This document shows positions 36,421 to 47,587 of a stretch of 64,000 nt of DNA, piece by piece. Position 1 is the first letter of the stretch. Each line of letters starts with the position of its first letter. This stretch comes from Syntrophomonadales bacterium (GTDB taxonomy: Bacteria; Bacillota; Syntrophomonadia; Syntrophomonadales; DTU052): contig JBMNJO010000001.1 in NCBI GenBank assembly GCA_050951725.1, positions 924,967-988,966 of the forward strand, read 5' to 3'. The position numbers were made by a program, and so were the translations under genes. The notes under the pieces are model-generated. The model was not told where the DNA came from, did not search any database, and saw only the letters and a list, made by a program, of their open reading frames with translations.

Positions 36421-38880
36421 TTATACCAACTGCACGAAATGGCTGTATTCATCGCGTTCCGGGCCATTCCCCAGGCACCAGCTGAGTTCAGCCTGAAAGG
36501 ATACCTGGCCGCTGGTTACCGCCACATAAGGCCTGATCAGCAACCCGGAAGCATCATAACTCAATTCACTGTGGGTGGGGAACACATGCCCCCGGTAATA
36601 GCTCTTCACTGCCGGTTCAACCACCACCCGTACTATAGCCTGGCCGGACGCGATCTCCCAGAACAGGGCATTACGCGAGGCTGTCCCCCGGCCGCTCACC
36701 GTTTCGCAGACATAGGCAAGTTTCCCAGGACGCGGACAGCGGTTTATTTCACTCCGGTATGTACCCCTTTCAATCTCCGGACGCAACACCTCATAATTTA
36801 CCTCACTGGTTTCACCCTCTATACCCAGCCAGGATACCGGCTGCAGTTCCCTCTCATCTGAAGGCACCATGGAGGTCACCAGTTCCGGTGCCAGGTACAG
36901 CTCTCCGCACTCACCATCGATAACCTGGACCTCAACCGACATAACAAGTGATGCCTCGCAAATATGAAAGGTCTTCCGCACCCTAAGCCTAAGGCACTCA
37001 CCGTCTTTAATAATGGAAGGAGAAGCCTCCAGGCTGATAACAATCTTATCCCCGTGGGTTTCCGTACTGACAAGCCGGTAACCGGGGGTTTCCTGATCCA
37101 GAGGCACCCACTTTTCATCCTCCCGGGTGGCAAACGTAAGCCCCATACTGTTACGGCATCTCTCCACCCGTCCCCCTTCCGGGTAGAACTCCTCCGTAAG
37201 ATCGGAATCAGTTTCAGTGAAGATCAGGGAGTGAGTGATAGCCAGCACCTCACTGTACGCTACCGGGAAGAGCATCTCCTTTTCCAGGTAACTCAGGAGT
37301 TCGGCAAACCCCAACTCCTGTTGTGACACACCCTGGTGGAATACCACCTGCCCCTTCCGCACGTGGACCACCACTGTCTGACGCGCGGTACGCACGATAA
37401 CCTCATCCTCGCCATCCATATCCCAATCCCGAACTTCAACAACCGGCAAACCGCCTGCCTGACCTTTGATCTTCTCAATGGCCAGGTCTGCCAGCCTCTC
37501 CGCCAGTTCCAGATAAGCGAGGCCCTGTAAATCGAAATAGGCACACGAACCGTAAGATGGGTGTCGGCTCGCCCAGCGCGGGTCTTCCTGGTAGGCCAGG
37601 TTCCTTACTCGCTGGATAACCCGGTACGCTCGCACCATCTCCTCCGAATGCCTGATCGACAGAAGTTCCTGGATGAGCTTAAACCGGTGAGGTGAGTCAA
37701 GGACCACATCGCGCAGAAGCAGCCGGGAAAGTCCAGGCAGCTCCAGATCACGCAGGACCAAGCGGTCGAGTTCCTGCATCCTGCGTTCCAGGTCCCGCTG
37801 CCGGGCCATAGCCCGACGCAGCCGTTCATCACCGAAGGTCACTCCCCGAATCCCCCGCCGGGCGGTCCAGTTCTCCCATTCTGCATATGAGCGGCTGGTA
37901 GCTGCCGGGTAGGTATCGAGAAAGCCCTGTCGCTCAAAGTAAGATCTCAGGCCGCAGAACTGCAATTCCGGGTCTTCCAGGACCAGTCGAAAGAACTCCT
38001 TTAGCCAGGCGGTATCTCCCCGGGGATCCTTGCTCCACTGCCCGAACTTTTCGGCATCCTCAAAGATCACAATCACCGGTTCCAGGTCCTTGCCCAGCCG
38101 ACGGGCCATCCTAATGGATTTCTCGGCCGCATCCTTCAGGTAAAAAACGTACTGCCGGGGTTTTATTATGCTGCGATCCCCATCCCCAAAAGACTGGCGT
38201 TTTAACAGGCGGTAACGAAACTCAGAATGCACCGGCAGGACAAAGAACTCCTGTCCCCCGATCTCATCGCGCAGGCCATAGAACAGGATCTCCGGCGGGA
38301 GATGGGAAACCGTAGTGCGGGCATGAGGATCATCAAACCCGAAATGTTTGCGGCAGTAATCAAATTGACCACCCGGATAGTTAAAGTGAGGCCCAAAGAA
38401 GGTCTCAGCATCCAGGTAGAGGAGAGGCGCCGCACCGACCAGCCGCGCTGCCACCGCCAGGTTGTAGAGCACCCATTCCCCGGCCTCCCTTTCCACCACA
38501 TGGATACCCTCCCACTCCAGGGCGTTAACCCCCAACAAGCGGGTGGAGATGTTAGCATACTCACGGACCTGAAACAGGATGTCATCAGGACGCGCAGACA
38601 ACTGGGCAAAGGCCTCGTCAGCCAGTCCCCCTATCAGGCCGAAACCATCCTTTCTTAGCATGGCCCTTAAACGCTCCAGGTAACTCGGTTTCTCATGGGC
38701 CAGCCAGAGAAGGAGCGGTCCGGAAAAGTGAAGGTTTATGTAAAACCCGGGGTCTGCAGCCATGCCTTCCAACAGTTCAATCCAGGGCAGGTAAGAGTTT
38801 TTAAAAACCTCTTCGCGGGTATGATGCAGCTGAAAATGGGGCTGGTGAAAATGAGGACAGAAGGCCACGTTTACTTTCAC
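36421..38880 (-). CDS. glycoside hydrolase family 57 protein (large, DUF1925/1926-type)
   Basis: 819 aa with a GH57 N-terminus (FCPHFHQPHFQL) and a long C-terminal beta-rich region. Confidence 0.75.
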   Translation of the reverse strand: MKVNVAFCPHFHQPHFQLHHTREEVFKNSYLPWIELLEGMAADPGFYINLHFSGPLLLWLAHEKPSYLERLRAMLRKDGFGLIGGLADEAFAQLSARPDDILFQVREYANISTRLLGVNALEWEGIHVVEREAGEWVLYNLAVAARLVGAAPLLYLDAETFFGPHFNYPGGQFDYCRKHFGFDDPHARTTVSHLPPEILFYGLRDEIGGQEFFVLPVHSEFRYRLLKRQSFGDGDRSIIKPRQYVFYLKDAAEKSIRMARRLGKDLEPVIVIFEDAEKFGQWSKDPRGDTAWLKEFFRLVLEDPELQFCGLRSYFERQGFLDTYPAATSRSYAEWENWTARRGIRGVTFGDERLRRAMARQRDLERRMQELDRLVLRDLELPGLSRLLLRDVVLDSPHRFKLIQELLSIRHSEEMVRAYRVIQRVRNLAYQEDPRWASRHPSYGSCAYFDLQGLAYLELAERLADLAIEKIKGQAGGLPVVEVRDWDMDGEDEVIVRTARQTVVVHVRKGQVVFHQGVSQQELGFAELLSYLEKEMLFPVAYSEVLAITHSLIFTETDSDLTEEFYPEGGRVERCRNSMGLTFATREDEKWVPLDQETPGYRLVSTETHGDKIVISLEASPSIIKDGECLRLRVRKTFHICEASLVMSVEVQVIDGECGELYLAPELVTSMVPSDERELQPVSWLGIEGETSEVNYEVLRPEIERGTYRSEINRCPRPGKLAYVCETVSGRGTASRNALFWEIASGQAIVRVVVEPAVKSYYRGHVFPTHSELSYDASGLLIRPYVAVTSGQVSFQAELSWCLGNGPERDEYSHFVQLV

Positions 38881-38943
38881 TTAAGGTACCCCCTCAACAA
38901 CGATATTGGACGCGAGTGCTTAACAGACAGGAATAACGGGATT

Positions 38944-40521
38944 CTATCTAGCAACGGTCAAAAAGAGGTCATCCTCCTCTTCCACCCTTTTCATCCATTC
39001 GATCGTTTCCGGGATGAACTGGTTTATCCTGACCATTTCCGTCAGACGCACCAGCTTGCCGAAGTGCTCCAGAAACCGGCGCACCGCGTAGTCACGGGTA
39101 TGGTTATTGGTTACCATAAAGAACCAGTCGCTGCTCTCCATGAGCATCAGTTCCTTAACCGCCTGGTTTCTGGCCCGAGTAATGAGATCACCTCCGGAAA
39201 TGCCGGCAATGCTCTCCAGTTCCCGGCGCGCCTTGCTGATGGTTTCCCACATCCAGGCCGTCTCCGGGTTAGACCACCCAAAGTGCTTACCCCCGGTACC
39301 CCAAGATGACTCCAGCACCTGGGCCTCAGGAATCGAATCCATCTCCTGCAGGACCGTACCCGGCAAGACCATCCGCCAGTGATCCCGTCCCGAGATCAGC
39401 CGCACCAGTTCCTCCAGCCAGTCTACCCCTTCCCACCACCAGTGTCCAAACAGTTCGGTATCATAGCAAGCCACGATCAGTGGTTCGGAATAGCCCAACC
39501 GGTCGGCTTCCCGGGCTATACCCTCAATCGTATCCATAAAATGAGCAGCATGCCTCTTTACAGTCTCCTGTGCCTGGTGGCGGTCATAAACAAGTTTACA
39601 TTCGGGATTTACGTCTCGTCTGGTCACCCGCCAGTACTTGAGGCCGGAACCCGGGAGCTGTTTATGAAAATCCCGGTAATAGGCATCACCAGGATAGCCG
39701 TAATCCTTGGACCATACCTGCAGGCTGACCATGGTATTGCGGCCGAAAACCCCCATTGATCGATCTTTGACACGATAGGGACTGTAGGTGGAAAGACCAG
39801 TTTTTTTGTACTCTGAGTTATCCGTTTCCGGGGTCAGGTGGTACCCGGAAAAGGTTTGGGCGGGCCTGCCCCCTTCGATGGCGTGGCCATCGACAAAGAA
39901 GTATCTGATGTTATGTTGCTCCAGGACCTCTTCAATGCCCTGGCTATAACCGCATTCAGGCAGCCAGAAGCCCTGAGGTTCGTATCCCAGGTGTTTGACA
40001 AAACACTCCGTTCCGGCAGCTATCTGTCGTTCCAGGCTGGTCCGGTCTTCAATTAACGGCAGGTAGGCATGGGTACCAGCGGTGGCCAGGATATCGAGGG
40101 GCACCCTCTGACTGAGACCCTTTATCACCTCGATCAAATCCCCACCGAACTCCGCAACAAAGCTGCGGCGGATATCCTGATAGAACCGGCGGTAATCAGC
40201 AGCCACCCGGGCCAGATCCTTTTGTCCCCGGGCCATAAAGGAGCGCTCATCAGCAGACGCCTGACCTTCACATGATTTCAGATATTCGATAAACCCGTCC
40301 CGAAGGTATTCTGATTGCAACTGCTCCATAAGAGTAGGGCTGAGGCTCAGGGTGAGCGGAGCAGAAATCCCGTCATCCAAGAGGCCCTGCCAGGTCTGTA
40401 ACAAGGGGATATAGGTTTCTGCCATGGCCTCAAACAGCCATACTTCTCCAAACGGCCATCGGCCCTGGCGTTTGACGTAAGGCAGGTGGCTGTGCAGGAC
40501 CAACATCAGTCTCGGACTCAT
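38944..40521 (-). CDS. GH57-type 1,4-alpha-glucan branching enzyme
   Basis: 525 aa. The N-terminus LVLHSHLPYVKRQGRWPFGEVWLFEAMAETYIPLL is the GH57 branching-enzyme signature. Confidence 0.8.
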   Translation of the reverse strand: MSPRLMLVLHSHLPYVKRQGRWPFGEVWLFEAMAETYIPLLQTWQGLLDDGISAPLTLSLSPTLMEQLQSEYLRDGFIEYLKSCEGQASADERSFMARGQKDLARVAADYRRFYQDIRRSFVAEFGGDLIEVIKGLSQRVPLDILATAGTHAYLPLIEDRTSLERQIAAGTECFVKHLGYEPQGFWLPECGYSQGIEEVLEQHNIRYFFVDGHAIEGGRPAQTFSGYHLTPETDNSEYKKTGLSTYSPYRVKDRSMGVFGRNTMVSLQVWSKDYGYPGDAYYRDFHKQLPGSGLKYWRVTRRDVNPECKLVYDRHQAQETVKRHAAHFMDTIEGIAREADRLGYSEPLIVACYDTELFGHWWWEGVDWLEELVRLISGRDHWRMVLPGTVLQEMDSIPEAQVLESSWGTGGKHFGWSNPETAWMWETISKARRELESIAGISGGDLITRARNQAVKELMLMESSDWFFMVTNNHTRDYAVRRFLEHFGKLVRLTEMVRINQFIPETIEWMKRVEEEDDLFLTVAR

Positions 40522-40526
40522 CTGAC

Positions 40527-43031
40527 CTAACTCCCAACCTGTAGTTTACCCTCCAGAAACCGCAGCTGATTGATCATGCTGACATAATTTCTGGTTATTT
40601 CATTGGCTTTCTCCAGAGAAGAAGCCTCGGTATATATGGTAAAGAGGGGTTCCTCATCATCCGGAAGTACCAGACTCCATCCCTCATCGTGCAGGATCTT
40701 TATCCCCTCCGTCAATTCAAGCTGATCATCCTTGAACTTTTCGAGCAGCATCCTCATCACCCGGGCCTTTTCATCAGCCGGAATGTGGACCTCCTGGCGG
40801 TCCAGGTAAAAGTTGGGCATTGTGCTGACCAGGCCGGACAGGCTCAGGTTCTCGCGTCCCATCAGCTCCAGTATCTTGACCAGAGAGGATATGGCATCGC
40901 ACATTATCTGAAACTCTGGCATCTCATCTCCTTCAAACAGGACCTTGGTCTCGGTTACCCCGGTCACGATCAACCCCGTGTTCACCTCCTGGGCCTTCAA
41001 GACCAGTCCGTCATACTCGTGGGCCAGCTTCTCTATCACCCGGGGAGCCGCTACCGGCACAGGAACCGCCTGCCGACGGGTAAATTTCAGCAGCAGGAAA
41101 CATACCAGGATAACCATCTGTTCATCAGTAATCACTTCGCCCTTTTCATCAATCAGGACTAAACGGTCAGCGTTCTGATCAATCAAGACCCCCATATCAG
41201 CATGGTTCTTGATCACCGTCTCCTTCAGGATCTCAATACCCCCGGCAATGTCCTCCAACGTCTTCACGCCACAGCCTTCTTCCAAGCCCTCAGGGGTGAT
41301 GATCTGGCACCCGATTCGGCTCAGCAGAACCGGTAAAAACGAGGTAAAATTCCGCGCATCATAGTACAGGGCCACTTGGAATCGGGCATCACTGATCACC
41401 CTGAAGTCGGTTGTATGCATGACACCCTCGATATACTGAGCAATGACATTGGAAAAGAAGACGGTTTCCCCCACTCCTTCAGCATCGGTGCGGGCGAAAG
41501 CCTCCCGGGTAAAGATGTTTTCCAGCTTGCGCCGGGTATTGGCATGGATGTTGAGGCCCCGTCGGTCAAAAAACTCCACCAGCAAAGCAGTATCATCATC
41601 CGGTGACTGGCGGATCTGTACCCCGCCATCAGCCTGCAGCAACCGGGTGGTATACCTGACAATCCCAGAGGTGGCCATTCCCAGGTCATAGACATTCACT
41701 CCAGTGGAAAGCACCCCGGCCGAAAAAGCTCGCTTGAGCATCTTGGAGGCGTTCAGGCTGTCACACCCGACCGCAACTGACTTGCCATCACCAAGCAGGG
41801 TACCATAGGCGGCACCCAGTTTGGCCAGAAATTCTGGGGTGATCTCCAGATTGATCAACCCGGAAACCCCCCGGGCACCAAACAGGAATTTGGACATCCG
41901 CGTGCCCCATATAACATTAGAACTTACATTGGAACCCTGTTCAATGTTCTTCTCCGGCCAGATTCGCACATCCATGCGGACAGTGCTGTCAGCACCCAGG
42001 ACCGAGTCATCACCGATCACCGCCCCCTCCAAAACCGTGTTGTGCCCTTTCAAGACCGCATTGTTGCACACCACTGTCCCGCGCAATTCAGTCTTTCTGC
42101 CGGCGAAGACCTTGTTCCAGAGGATGCTCCTTTTTAGTGATACCCCCTCATTAAGGGTCGAGCCTTTTCCGATCACAGAATAAGGCCCTACCGTGACGCC
42201 TCTTTTGATATGACTGCCCTGACCGATATAACAGGGGGCCTCTATCCTGGCGTCCGGGGGAATCGTTGCTCCTTCCCCAATATACACGCCATCCCGGACC
42301 TGCGGTGCATCGATATTAACCTTTACCAGTCCGTTGAGGATATCGTAATTGGCCTGACGATATTGCTGTATCCCACCGATATCACACCAGTATTCCGGGC
42401 ATAAGGTAGCATAGAGCCGCTGTTGCTTAGCCATAAGAAGCGGAAAAAGATCCTTGGAAAAGTCAAATACCTGTTTATCCTCAAAATAATCAAATATCTC
42501 TGGTTCCAGGACATAGATCCCGGTGTTGGCCAGGTCGCTGAAGGCAGCCGCCCAGCTTGGTTTCTCCAGGAACCTGGTAATGCGCCCCTCCTCATCAGTC
42601 ATCACGATCCCATACTCCAGGGGGTTATCAACCCGGCTCAAGGCCAGAGTGGCGATAGCCTCCTTTTCCTGGTGAAAACTGACCACCCGGCTCAGGTCGA
42701 TATCAGTGAGGGTATCCCCGCTGATGACCAGAAAGGTCTCATCCAGGTACCGGCGGGCATTGCGCACACTGCCGGCTGTTCCCAGCGGGAACTCCTCTAC
42801 AAAGTAGCGCATCTTGACGCCGAATTGCGATCCGTCTCCAAAATGCTGGCTAATGGCATTCGGCAGGTAGAACAAGGTTACTATTATCTCTTCGAATCCA
42901 TGTTTTTTTAAGAGCTCTACTATATACTCCATAACCGGACGATCCATTACCGGGACCATCGGTTTGGGTTGTTTACAGGTCAAAGGTCGAAGCCGGGTAC
43001 TCTCACCCCCGGCCATTATTACCGCTTTCAT
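40527..43031 (-). CDS. sugar-1-phosphate nucleotidyltransferase fused to a left-handed beta-helix and a PGM/PMM-like domain
   Basis: 834 aa with N-terminus [18 protein letters not shown], hexapeptide repeats, and a C-terminal alpha-D-phosphohexomutase-like fold. The expected TASHNP loop reads IRQSPDD. Confidence 0.75.
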   Translation of the reverse strand: MKAVIMAGGESTRLRPLTCKQPKPMVPVMDRPVMEYIVELLKKHGFEEIIVTLFYLPNAISQHFGDGSQFGVKMRYFVEEFPLGTAGSVRNARRYLDETFLVISGDTLTDIDLSRVVSFHQEKEAIATLALSRVDNPLEYGIVMTDEEGRITRFLEKPSWAAAFSDLANTGIYVLEPEIFDYFEDKQVFDFSKDLFPLLMAKQQRLYATLCPEYWCDIGGIQQYRQANYDILNGLVKVNIDAPQVRDGVYIGEGATIPPDARIEAPCYIGQGSHIKRGVTVGPYSVIGKGSTLNEGVSLKRSILWNKVFAGRKTELRGTVVCNNAVLKGHNTVLEGAVIGDDSVLGADSTVRMDVRIWPEKNIEQGSNVSSNVIWGTRMSKFLFGARGVSGLINLEITPEFLAKLGAAYGTLLGDGKSVAVGCDSLNASKMLKRAFSAGVLSTGVNVYDLGMATSGIVRYTTRLLQADGGVQIRQSPDDDTALLVEFFDRRGLNIHANTRRKLENIFTREAFARTDAEGVGETVFFSNVIAQYIEGVMHTTDFRVISDARFQVALYYDARNFTSFLPVLLSRIGCQIITPEGLEEGCGVKTLEDIAGGIEILKETVIKNHADMGVLIDQNADRLVLIDEKGEVITDEQMVILVCFLLLKFTRRQAVPVPVAAPRVIEKLAHEYDGLVLKAQEVNTGLIVTGVTETKVLFEGDEMPEFQIMCDAISSLVKILELMGRENLSLSGLVSTMPNFYLDRQEVHIPADEKARVMRMLLEKFKDDQLELTEGIKILHDEGWSLVLPDDEEPLFTIYTEASSLEKANEITRNYVSMINQLRFLEGKLQVGS

Positions 43032-44221
43032 TATCCCACCCCATCTTTCTCGGCTTTACGAACCAGCCTGAAATACACCTGGGAGGTCAGCCTGGTGATC
43101 TTGTCCCAGTTGTACCGGTCCTTGATTACCTGCAGGGCCTGGAACCGTAAGCGGTTGGCCAACCGACTATCAGAAAGGATTCTTATCAGGGCCATAGCCA
43201 GCCCCTCCTCATCCAAGGGAGCGAACTTGAGCCCGGTTTCCCCATCGTTAACGATCTCCGCCAGTCCCCCCACATCACTCACTACCACCGGCGTACCGGA
43301 TGCCATGGCTTCCAGAGCCACAATCCCAAACGGCTCATAAAGGCTGGGGAAGACCGCCACATCTGCCCGGTGATAAATCCGGTCCCTCAACTCATCACTG
43401 ATATAGCCGGCAAACCAGATCCTCTCGCTCAGGCCCAGTTCGCAGGCCAGTTCCTGCAATTCCATTCCCTGCGGTCCCCGTCCGGCAATGACCAGCTTGG
43501 CAGCCGGTATCTCCTGGGAGACCTTAAGAAATGCTCGTATAAGGCTGGCCACCCCCTTTTCGGGCACCAGTCTTCCAATATAAAAAATGACCTGATCCTG
43601 GTCATCAATTCCCTCAAACCTATCATCCAGGGAGGATTCATTTAACTGATACCGGTTCATGCTGGCCCCGTTCGGTATAACTGCGATCCGCGATGGGTTG
43701 GCATTAAACAGGCTCTCTATTTCATAGCGCATGTAGTTGCTGCAGCAGACGATACGCTCGGACTCCAGAACCAGGTTCCGTTCGATATCATGGATCTCCT
43801 TTTGCATCGGATTATGCAATCCCAGGTTGCGTCCATATTCGGTGGCATGGATAGTCGACACCAGCGGAATGTTAAGCACCCGGCTGAGTGACCTTCCCGC
43901 GTAACCGACCAGCCAATCATGGGCATGAATCAGATCGAATCCCCCCGCCTGGTAGTCGAGCCTGATCCCTTCGCGGATAAGGTCGCTGTTGAAGCTGAAT
44001 ATCCAGGACTTAAACCTGGTGGAACTGGTGAGAGGGCTGCCTACGCGGTATACCCGGGCTCCCTGCGATTCCTCATAGGCGGCACAGCCTTCCACCAAAG
44101 GTGTCAGTATATGCGCTTCAACGCCATAACCCGCCAGACGTTGTGATAACTCATAGACATGCCTGCCCAGTCCGCCGATAACCTGCGGAGGAAACTCCCA
44201 GCTGAGTATCAGTACTCGCAA
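43031..44221 (-). CDS. GT4-family glycosyltransferase (alpha-glucan/glycogen-synthase-like)
   Basis: Start moved to TTG ([12 protein letters not shown]) after AAAGGGGGAAAG. The E-x7-E region [14 protein letters not shown] is present. Confidence 0.8.
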   Translation of the reverse strand: MRVLILSWEFPPQVIGGLGRHVYELSQRLAGYGVEAHILTPLVEGCAAYEESQGARVYRVGSPLTSSTRFKSWIFSFNSDLIREGIRLDYQAGGFDLIHAHDWLVGYAGRSLSRVLNIPLVSTIHATEYGRNLGLHNPMQKEIHDIERNLVLESERIVCCSNYMRYEIESLFNANPSRIAVIPNGASMNRYQLNESSLDDRFEGIDDQDQVIFYIGRLVPEKGVASLIRAFLKVSQEIPAAKLVIAGRGPQGMELQELACELGLSERIWFAGYISDELRDRIYHRADVAVFPSLYEPFGIVALEAMASGTPVVVSDVGGLAEIVNDGETGLKFAPLDEEGLAMALIRILSDSRLANRLRFQALQVIKDRYNWDKITRLTSQVYFRLVRKAEKDGVG

Positions 44222-44337
44222 ATAACTTTCCCCCTTTGATTTCCTATTAAGTTCCACAATTCCATCCCCTTCTCCTTCTGTACAATCCCAATTCTTTTCT
44301 GTAGAATGAGACCATCAAGTTTGTGGGGGGCTAAAAC

Positions 44338-45639
44338 ATGAGCAGAACCGATAGTTCCGTTGCTTTCTCTCCGGCGGAAAGCCATAAGCAGCCGGAGTCC
44401 ATGATCAGGGATAGGGGCCTGGCTGCTTCCGGGTACCGGAAGATTGAGTGGGCCAGCCGGCATATGCCAGTACTTAACCTTCTGCAACAGGAATTCCAGG
44501 CCACCAAACCCCTCGAGGGTTTAAGGATTGGCCTGTGTCTACACCTGGAGGCCAAAACTGCCCACTTCGCACAAACTCTTAAGAAGGCAGGCGGCCAGAT
44601 TTTCGCCTGTGCCAGCAACCCTCTCTCCACCCAGGACGACGTGGTAGCCGCACTGGTCGACAGCGGGATAACCACTTTCGCCTGGCACGGTGCCACTGCC
44701 GAGGAATATGACACACACCTTGCAGCTACTCTTGACTGCTGGCCAGATGCCGTAATTGACGATGGTCAGGACCTGGTAGCCATGCTGCACAAGAACCGCA
44801 AAGAACAGGCCCGGGGTATAATCGGCGGTTGTGAAGAAACCACCACTGGTATTCATAGACTCCGATCCATGGAACGGGAAGGCCTCCTGCTTTTCCCCAT
44901 GATAGCTGTTAATGACGCATATATGAAGTACCTTTTTGACAACCGTTATGGAACCGGGCAGTCTGTATGGGATGCCATCATGCGCACCACCAACCTGGTG
45001 GTAGCGGGCAAGACGGTGGTAATTGCCGGCTATGGGTGGTGTGGTAAAGGGGTTTCCATCCGTGCCAAGGGACTGGGAGCCAAGGTAGTAATCACCGAGA
45101 TTGATCCCATAAAGGCCAACGAGGCTATCATGGACGGGTTTACTGTTATGCCCATGAGTGAGGCCGCTCCGCTGGGCGACGTGTTCATAACCGTTACCGG
45201 TAACATAAATGTTATCCGCGAGACTCATATCGAGCGGATGAGGGATGGAGCCATTCTTTGCAACGCCGGGCACTTTGATGTTGAGGTAGCCAAACCGGAC
45301 CTCGATAAACTGTCTTCTGCGAAAAGAATTATCCGCAACAATATAGAAGAATTCACCCTAAAGAACGGGCGGCGGGTATACCTCCTGGGTGAAGGCCGTC
45401 TGGTCAACCTGGCTGCAGGTGACGGTCACCCTGCCGAAGTAATGGACCTCAGTTTTTCTCTTCAGGCCCTGTCACTCATTTACCTGATTCAGAACCACAA
45501 GTCACTCGGGCCCAAGGTTTACAATGTCCCGGCCCAGATTGATCAAAAGGTCGCCAACCTGCGTCTGAAGACCTTGGGAGTGGAGATTGACCGGCTTACT
45601 CCCGAACAGGAAGCTTACCTGGCAAGCTGGGAAGTCTAA
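44338..45639 (+). CDS. ahcY: adenosylhomocysteinase
   Basis: 433 aa with KIEWASRHMPVL, the NAD-binding GYGWCGKG, and the HFDVE motif. The start may be the internal ATG at 44401. Confidence 0.9.
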   Translation: MSRTDSSVAFSPAESHKQPESMIRDRGLAASGYRKIEWASRHMPVLNLLQQEFQATKPLEGLRIGLCLHLEAKTAHFAQTLKKAGGQIFACASNPLSTQDDVVAALVDSGITTFAWHGATAEEYDTHLAATLDCWPDAVIDDGQDLVAMLHKNRKEQARGIIGGCEETTTGIHRLRSMEREGLLLFPMIAVNDAYMKYLFDNRYGTGQSVWDAIMRTTNLVVAGKTVVIAGYGWCGKGVSIRAKGLGAKVVITEIDPIKANEAIMDGFTVMPMSEAAPLGDVFITVTGNINVIRETHIERMRDGAILCNAGHFDVEVAKPDLDKLSSAKRIIRNNIEEFTLKNGRRVYLLGEGRLVNLAAGDGHPAEVMDLSFSLQALSLIYLIQNHKSLGPKVYNVPAQIDQKVANLRLKTLGVEIDRLTPEQEAYLASWEV

Positions 45640-45653
45640 TCATTGAACCAATA

Positions 45654-45690
45654 AGGGAGGGGCAGATTCTGGCCCTCCTTTTTTTGCCGT
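45654..45690 (+). terminator. intrinsic terminator after ahcY
   Basis: GGGAGGGGCAGATTCTGGCCCTCCTTTTTTTGCC. Confidence 0.65.
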
Positions 45691-45732
45691 TTTGTGCCAC
45701 TGATTACCCTGCCAAAAGTAATAATCTCTTAC

Positions 45733-45790
45733 GTTTGGATGCATAGATATTCGTCGCCTGACTTCGCATGATGGAACACCATCCAAAAGG
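45733..45790 (+). repeat. structured intergenic repeat, truncated copy E3 (one terminal module only)
   Basis: GTTTGGATGCATAGATATTCGTCGCCTGACTTCGCATGATGGAACACC matches most of the terminal ~50 nt of copy E2 (by-eye alignment). The similarity then stops. Confidence 0.5.
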
Positions 45791-45917
45791 GTTTCGCCCG
45801 AGGAATCACCGATGCCTCCCGTTTACAAAGAATAACATTATACAAACCGTGGAATTTTGGAATCCTATCCTTCAGGAACAGTTATCACTACATTCATGGT
45901 TACGGGAGGCAGAGGAC

Positions 45918-46841
45918 TTGAATATACGCAAATCTTGGCTCTTATTTGCAGCCTTGGGATTGATCATCGGTATTGCATATACGATGACCAGCTGGTTCCC
46001 TGGAACACCCCAATCCAAGCCATTTCAATCCGGAATGGAAGCAGGACCTGGTAAACACTATACCCTTGGCGACACTACCGGCCGGACTATCCTGCAAACC
46101 GGTTTCCCGGTTGCCGTGGGAGATGAATTCATTGATGAGGACAACACTCGTTACCGAATTTCCTCTTTGGATGGATGGAACGGAACCATGGAGCGGGTAA
46201 TTGAGAAGAAGCCAGCCAGAAAAGGTCTTACCGCCATTATCGAAGGGGCGCAGCCCGTTCAGGCCGAAGCAGAGCCGCCACCGAGGGTCGCTATCTACTG
46301 CACTCACTCCGACGAATCATATAAGCCTTCCCAGGGTAAGACATCAGAGCGCGGCGGTGGAGCGATATTCCGGGTGGGCTATGCTCTGGCTTCCAGCCTG
46401 GTCGATGATGGCATTACCGTTGACCAGAGTTTTGCGGCACACGATCCCCATGACATTAACGCCTATTCACGTTCCCGACGCACCCTGATGCAGCTCCTGA
46501 AGGATGGTCCCACAGCCGCCTTTGATGTGCACCGGGACTCAGCTCCGGCCGAGGCCTATCTCACCTACATCACTGGAGTTGAATCAGCCAAAGTAATGAT
46601 TGTAATCGGGCGACAGAATCCCAACATGAACGCCAACATGGCATTTGCTGAACGGGTTAAGAAACGTGCTGATGAAATGTACCCGGGCCTGATCCGCGGG
46701 ATATTCATTGGACGGGGCAGCTACAACCAGGACCTGTTCCCCCGGGCCCTGCTGTTCGAAATCGGCACTTCGGAGTTACCAGAGCAATACGCACAGAACG
46801 CCGCCCATTGCCTGGGTGACGTCCTCGGCACCCTACTATAA
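45918..46841 (+). CDS. spoIIP: stage II sporulation protein P
   Basis: The IYCTHSDESY motif, an N-terminal TM segment, and a SpoIIP-like C-terminal domain. The start is tentative (TTG after GGGAGG); the track ORF begins at 45768. Confidence 0.75.
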   Translation: MNIRKSWLLFAALGLIIGIAYTMTSWFPGTPQSKPFQSGMEAGPGKHYTLGDTTGRTILQTGFPVAVGDEFIDEDNTRYRISSLDGWNGTMERVIEKKPARKGLTAIIEGAQPVQAEAEPPPRVAIYCTHSDESYKPSQGKTSERGGGAIFRVGYALASSLVDDGITVDQSFAAHDPHDINAYSRSRRTLMQLLKDGPTAAFDVHRDSAPAEAYLTYITGVESAKVMIVIGRQNPNMNANMAFAERVKKRADEMYPGLIRGIFIGRGSYNQDLFPRALLFEIGTSELPEQYAQNAAHCLGDVLGTLL

Positions 46842-47120
46842 ATACGTAGGCTTGGAATCGCGGCGCGGGAATTCCCATCTCTTTAGAGGATAGAATGAAA
46901 GCGCCGTCATCTTTCCCCGCCTTCATCATTGGATAACTTCCACAGAAACATTTTCGGCAGAGACGGGCTGATCTTCCGGAGTCTCTCGGAAGCCCCATCC
47001 CCTTTGAGTTACGGGAGTTACTATCCTTTTGAGACAACTATGAACGAAATCGGTTGGCGCAAAGACGACCCGGACCGACCCTTCGGTTCGCCGAATATTA
47101 TCTTCCTGGGGATGCCCCCT

Positions 47121-47549
47121 TTAGCTCCCTTCTTTCCCCACGACTTGGACATAAACATTTCTGGTGCGAGGGCCATCGAACTCGCAGAGAAAGATACCCT
47201 GCCAGGTTCCCAGAACCAAACGGCCTTCACTGATGATAAGGTTTACCGAAGGCCCCACCAAACTGGCCTTGATATGTGCATCCGAATTTCCCTCGGCATG
47301 CCGGTACTGAGGGAGATTGGCCGGGGCGATGTCTGATAAACCCTTCAGCAGGTCGTGTTTGACACTGGGATCAGCGTTTTCATTTATGGTGACAGCAGCA
47401 GTAGTATGGGGCACAAAAACCGTAACCAACCCGTTTACTACCCCATTCTTTTGAGTAATTCGCTTAACCTCAGGAGTGATATCGATCAGGTCATTTCGAG
47501 TTCGCGTACCTACCACAAAACTCTCCAAATATCTTACCTCCCTTTTCAT
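47121..47549 (-). CDS. yjbQ: YjbQ/UPF0047 family protein
   Basis: 142 aa with the PHTTAAVTINENADPSV and EGNSDAHIK motifs. Confidence 0.85.
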   Translation of the reverse strand: MKREVRYLESFVVGTRTRNDLIDITPEVKRITQKNGVVNGLVTVFVPHTTAAVTINENADPSVKHDLLKGLSDIAPANLPQYRHAEGNSDAHIKASLVGPSVNLIISEGRLVLGTWQGIFLCEFDGPRTRNVYVQVVGKEGS

Positions 47550-47587
47550 TTCCCGGGATTACGAACCTGTGACCAAATAGCACCATT

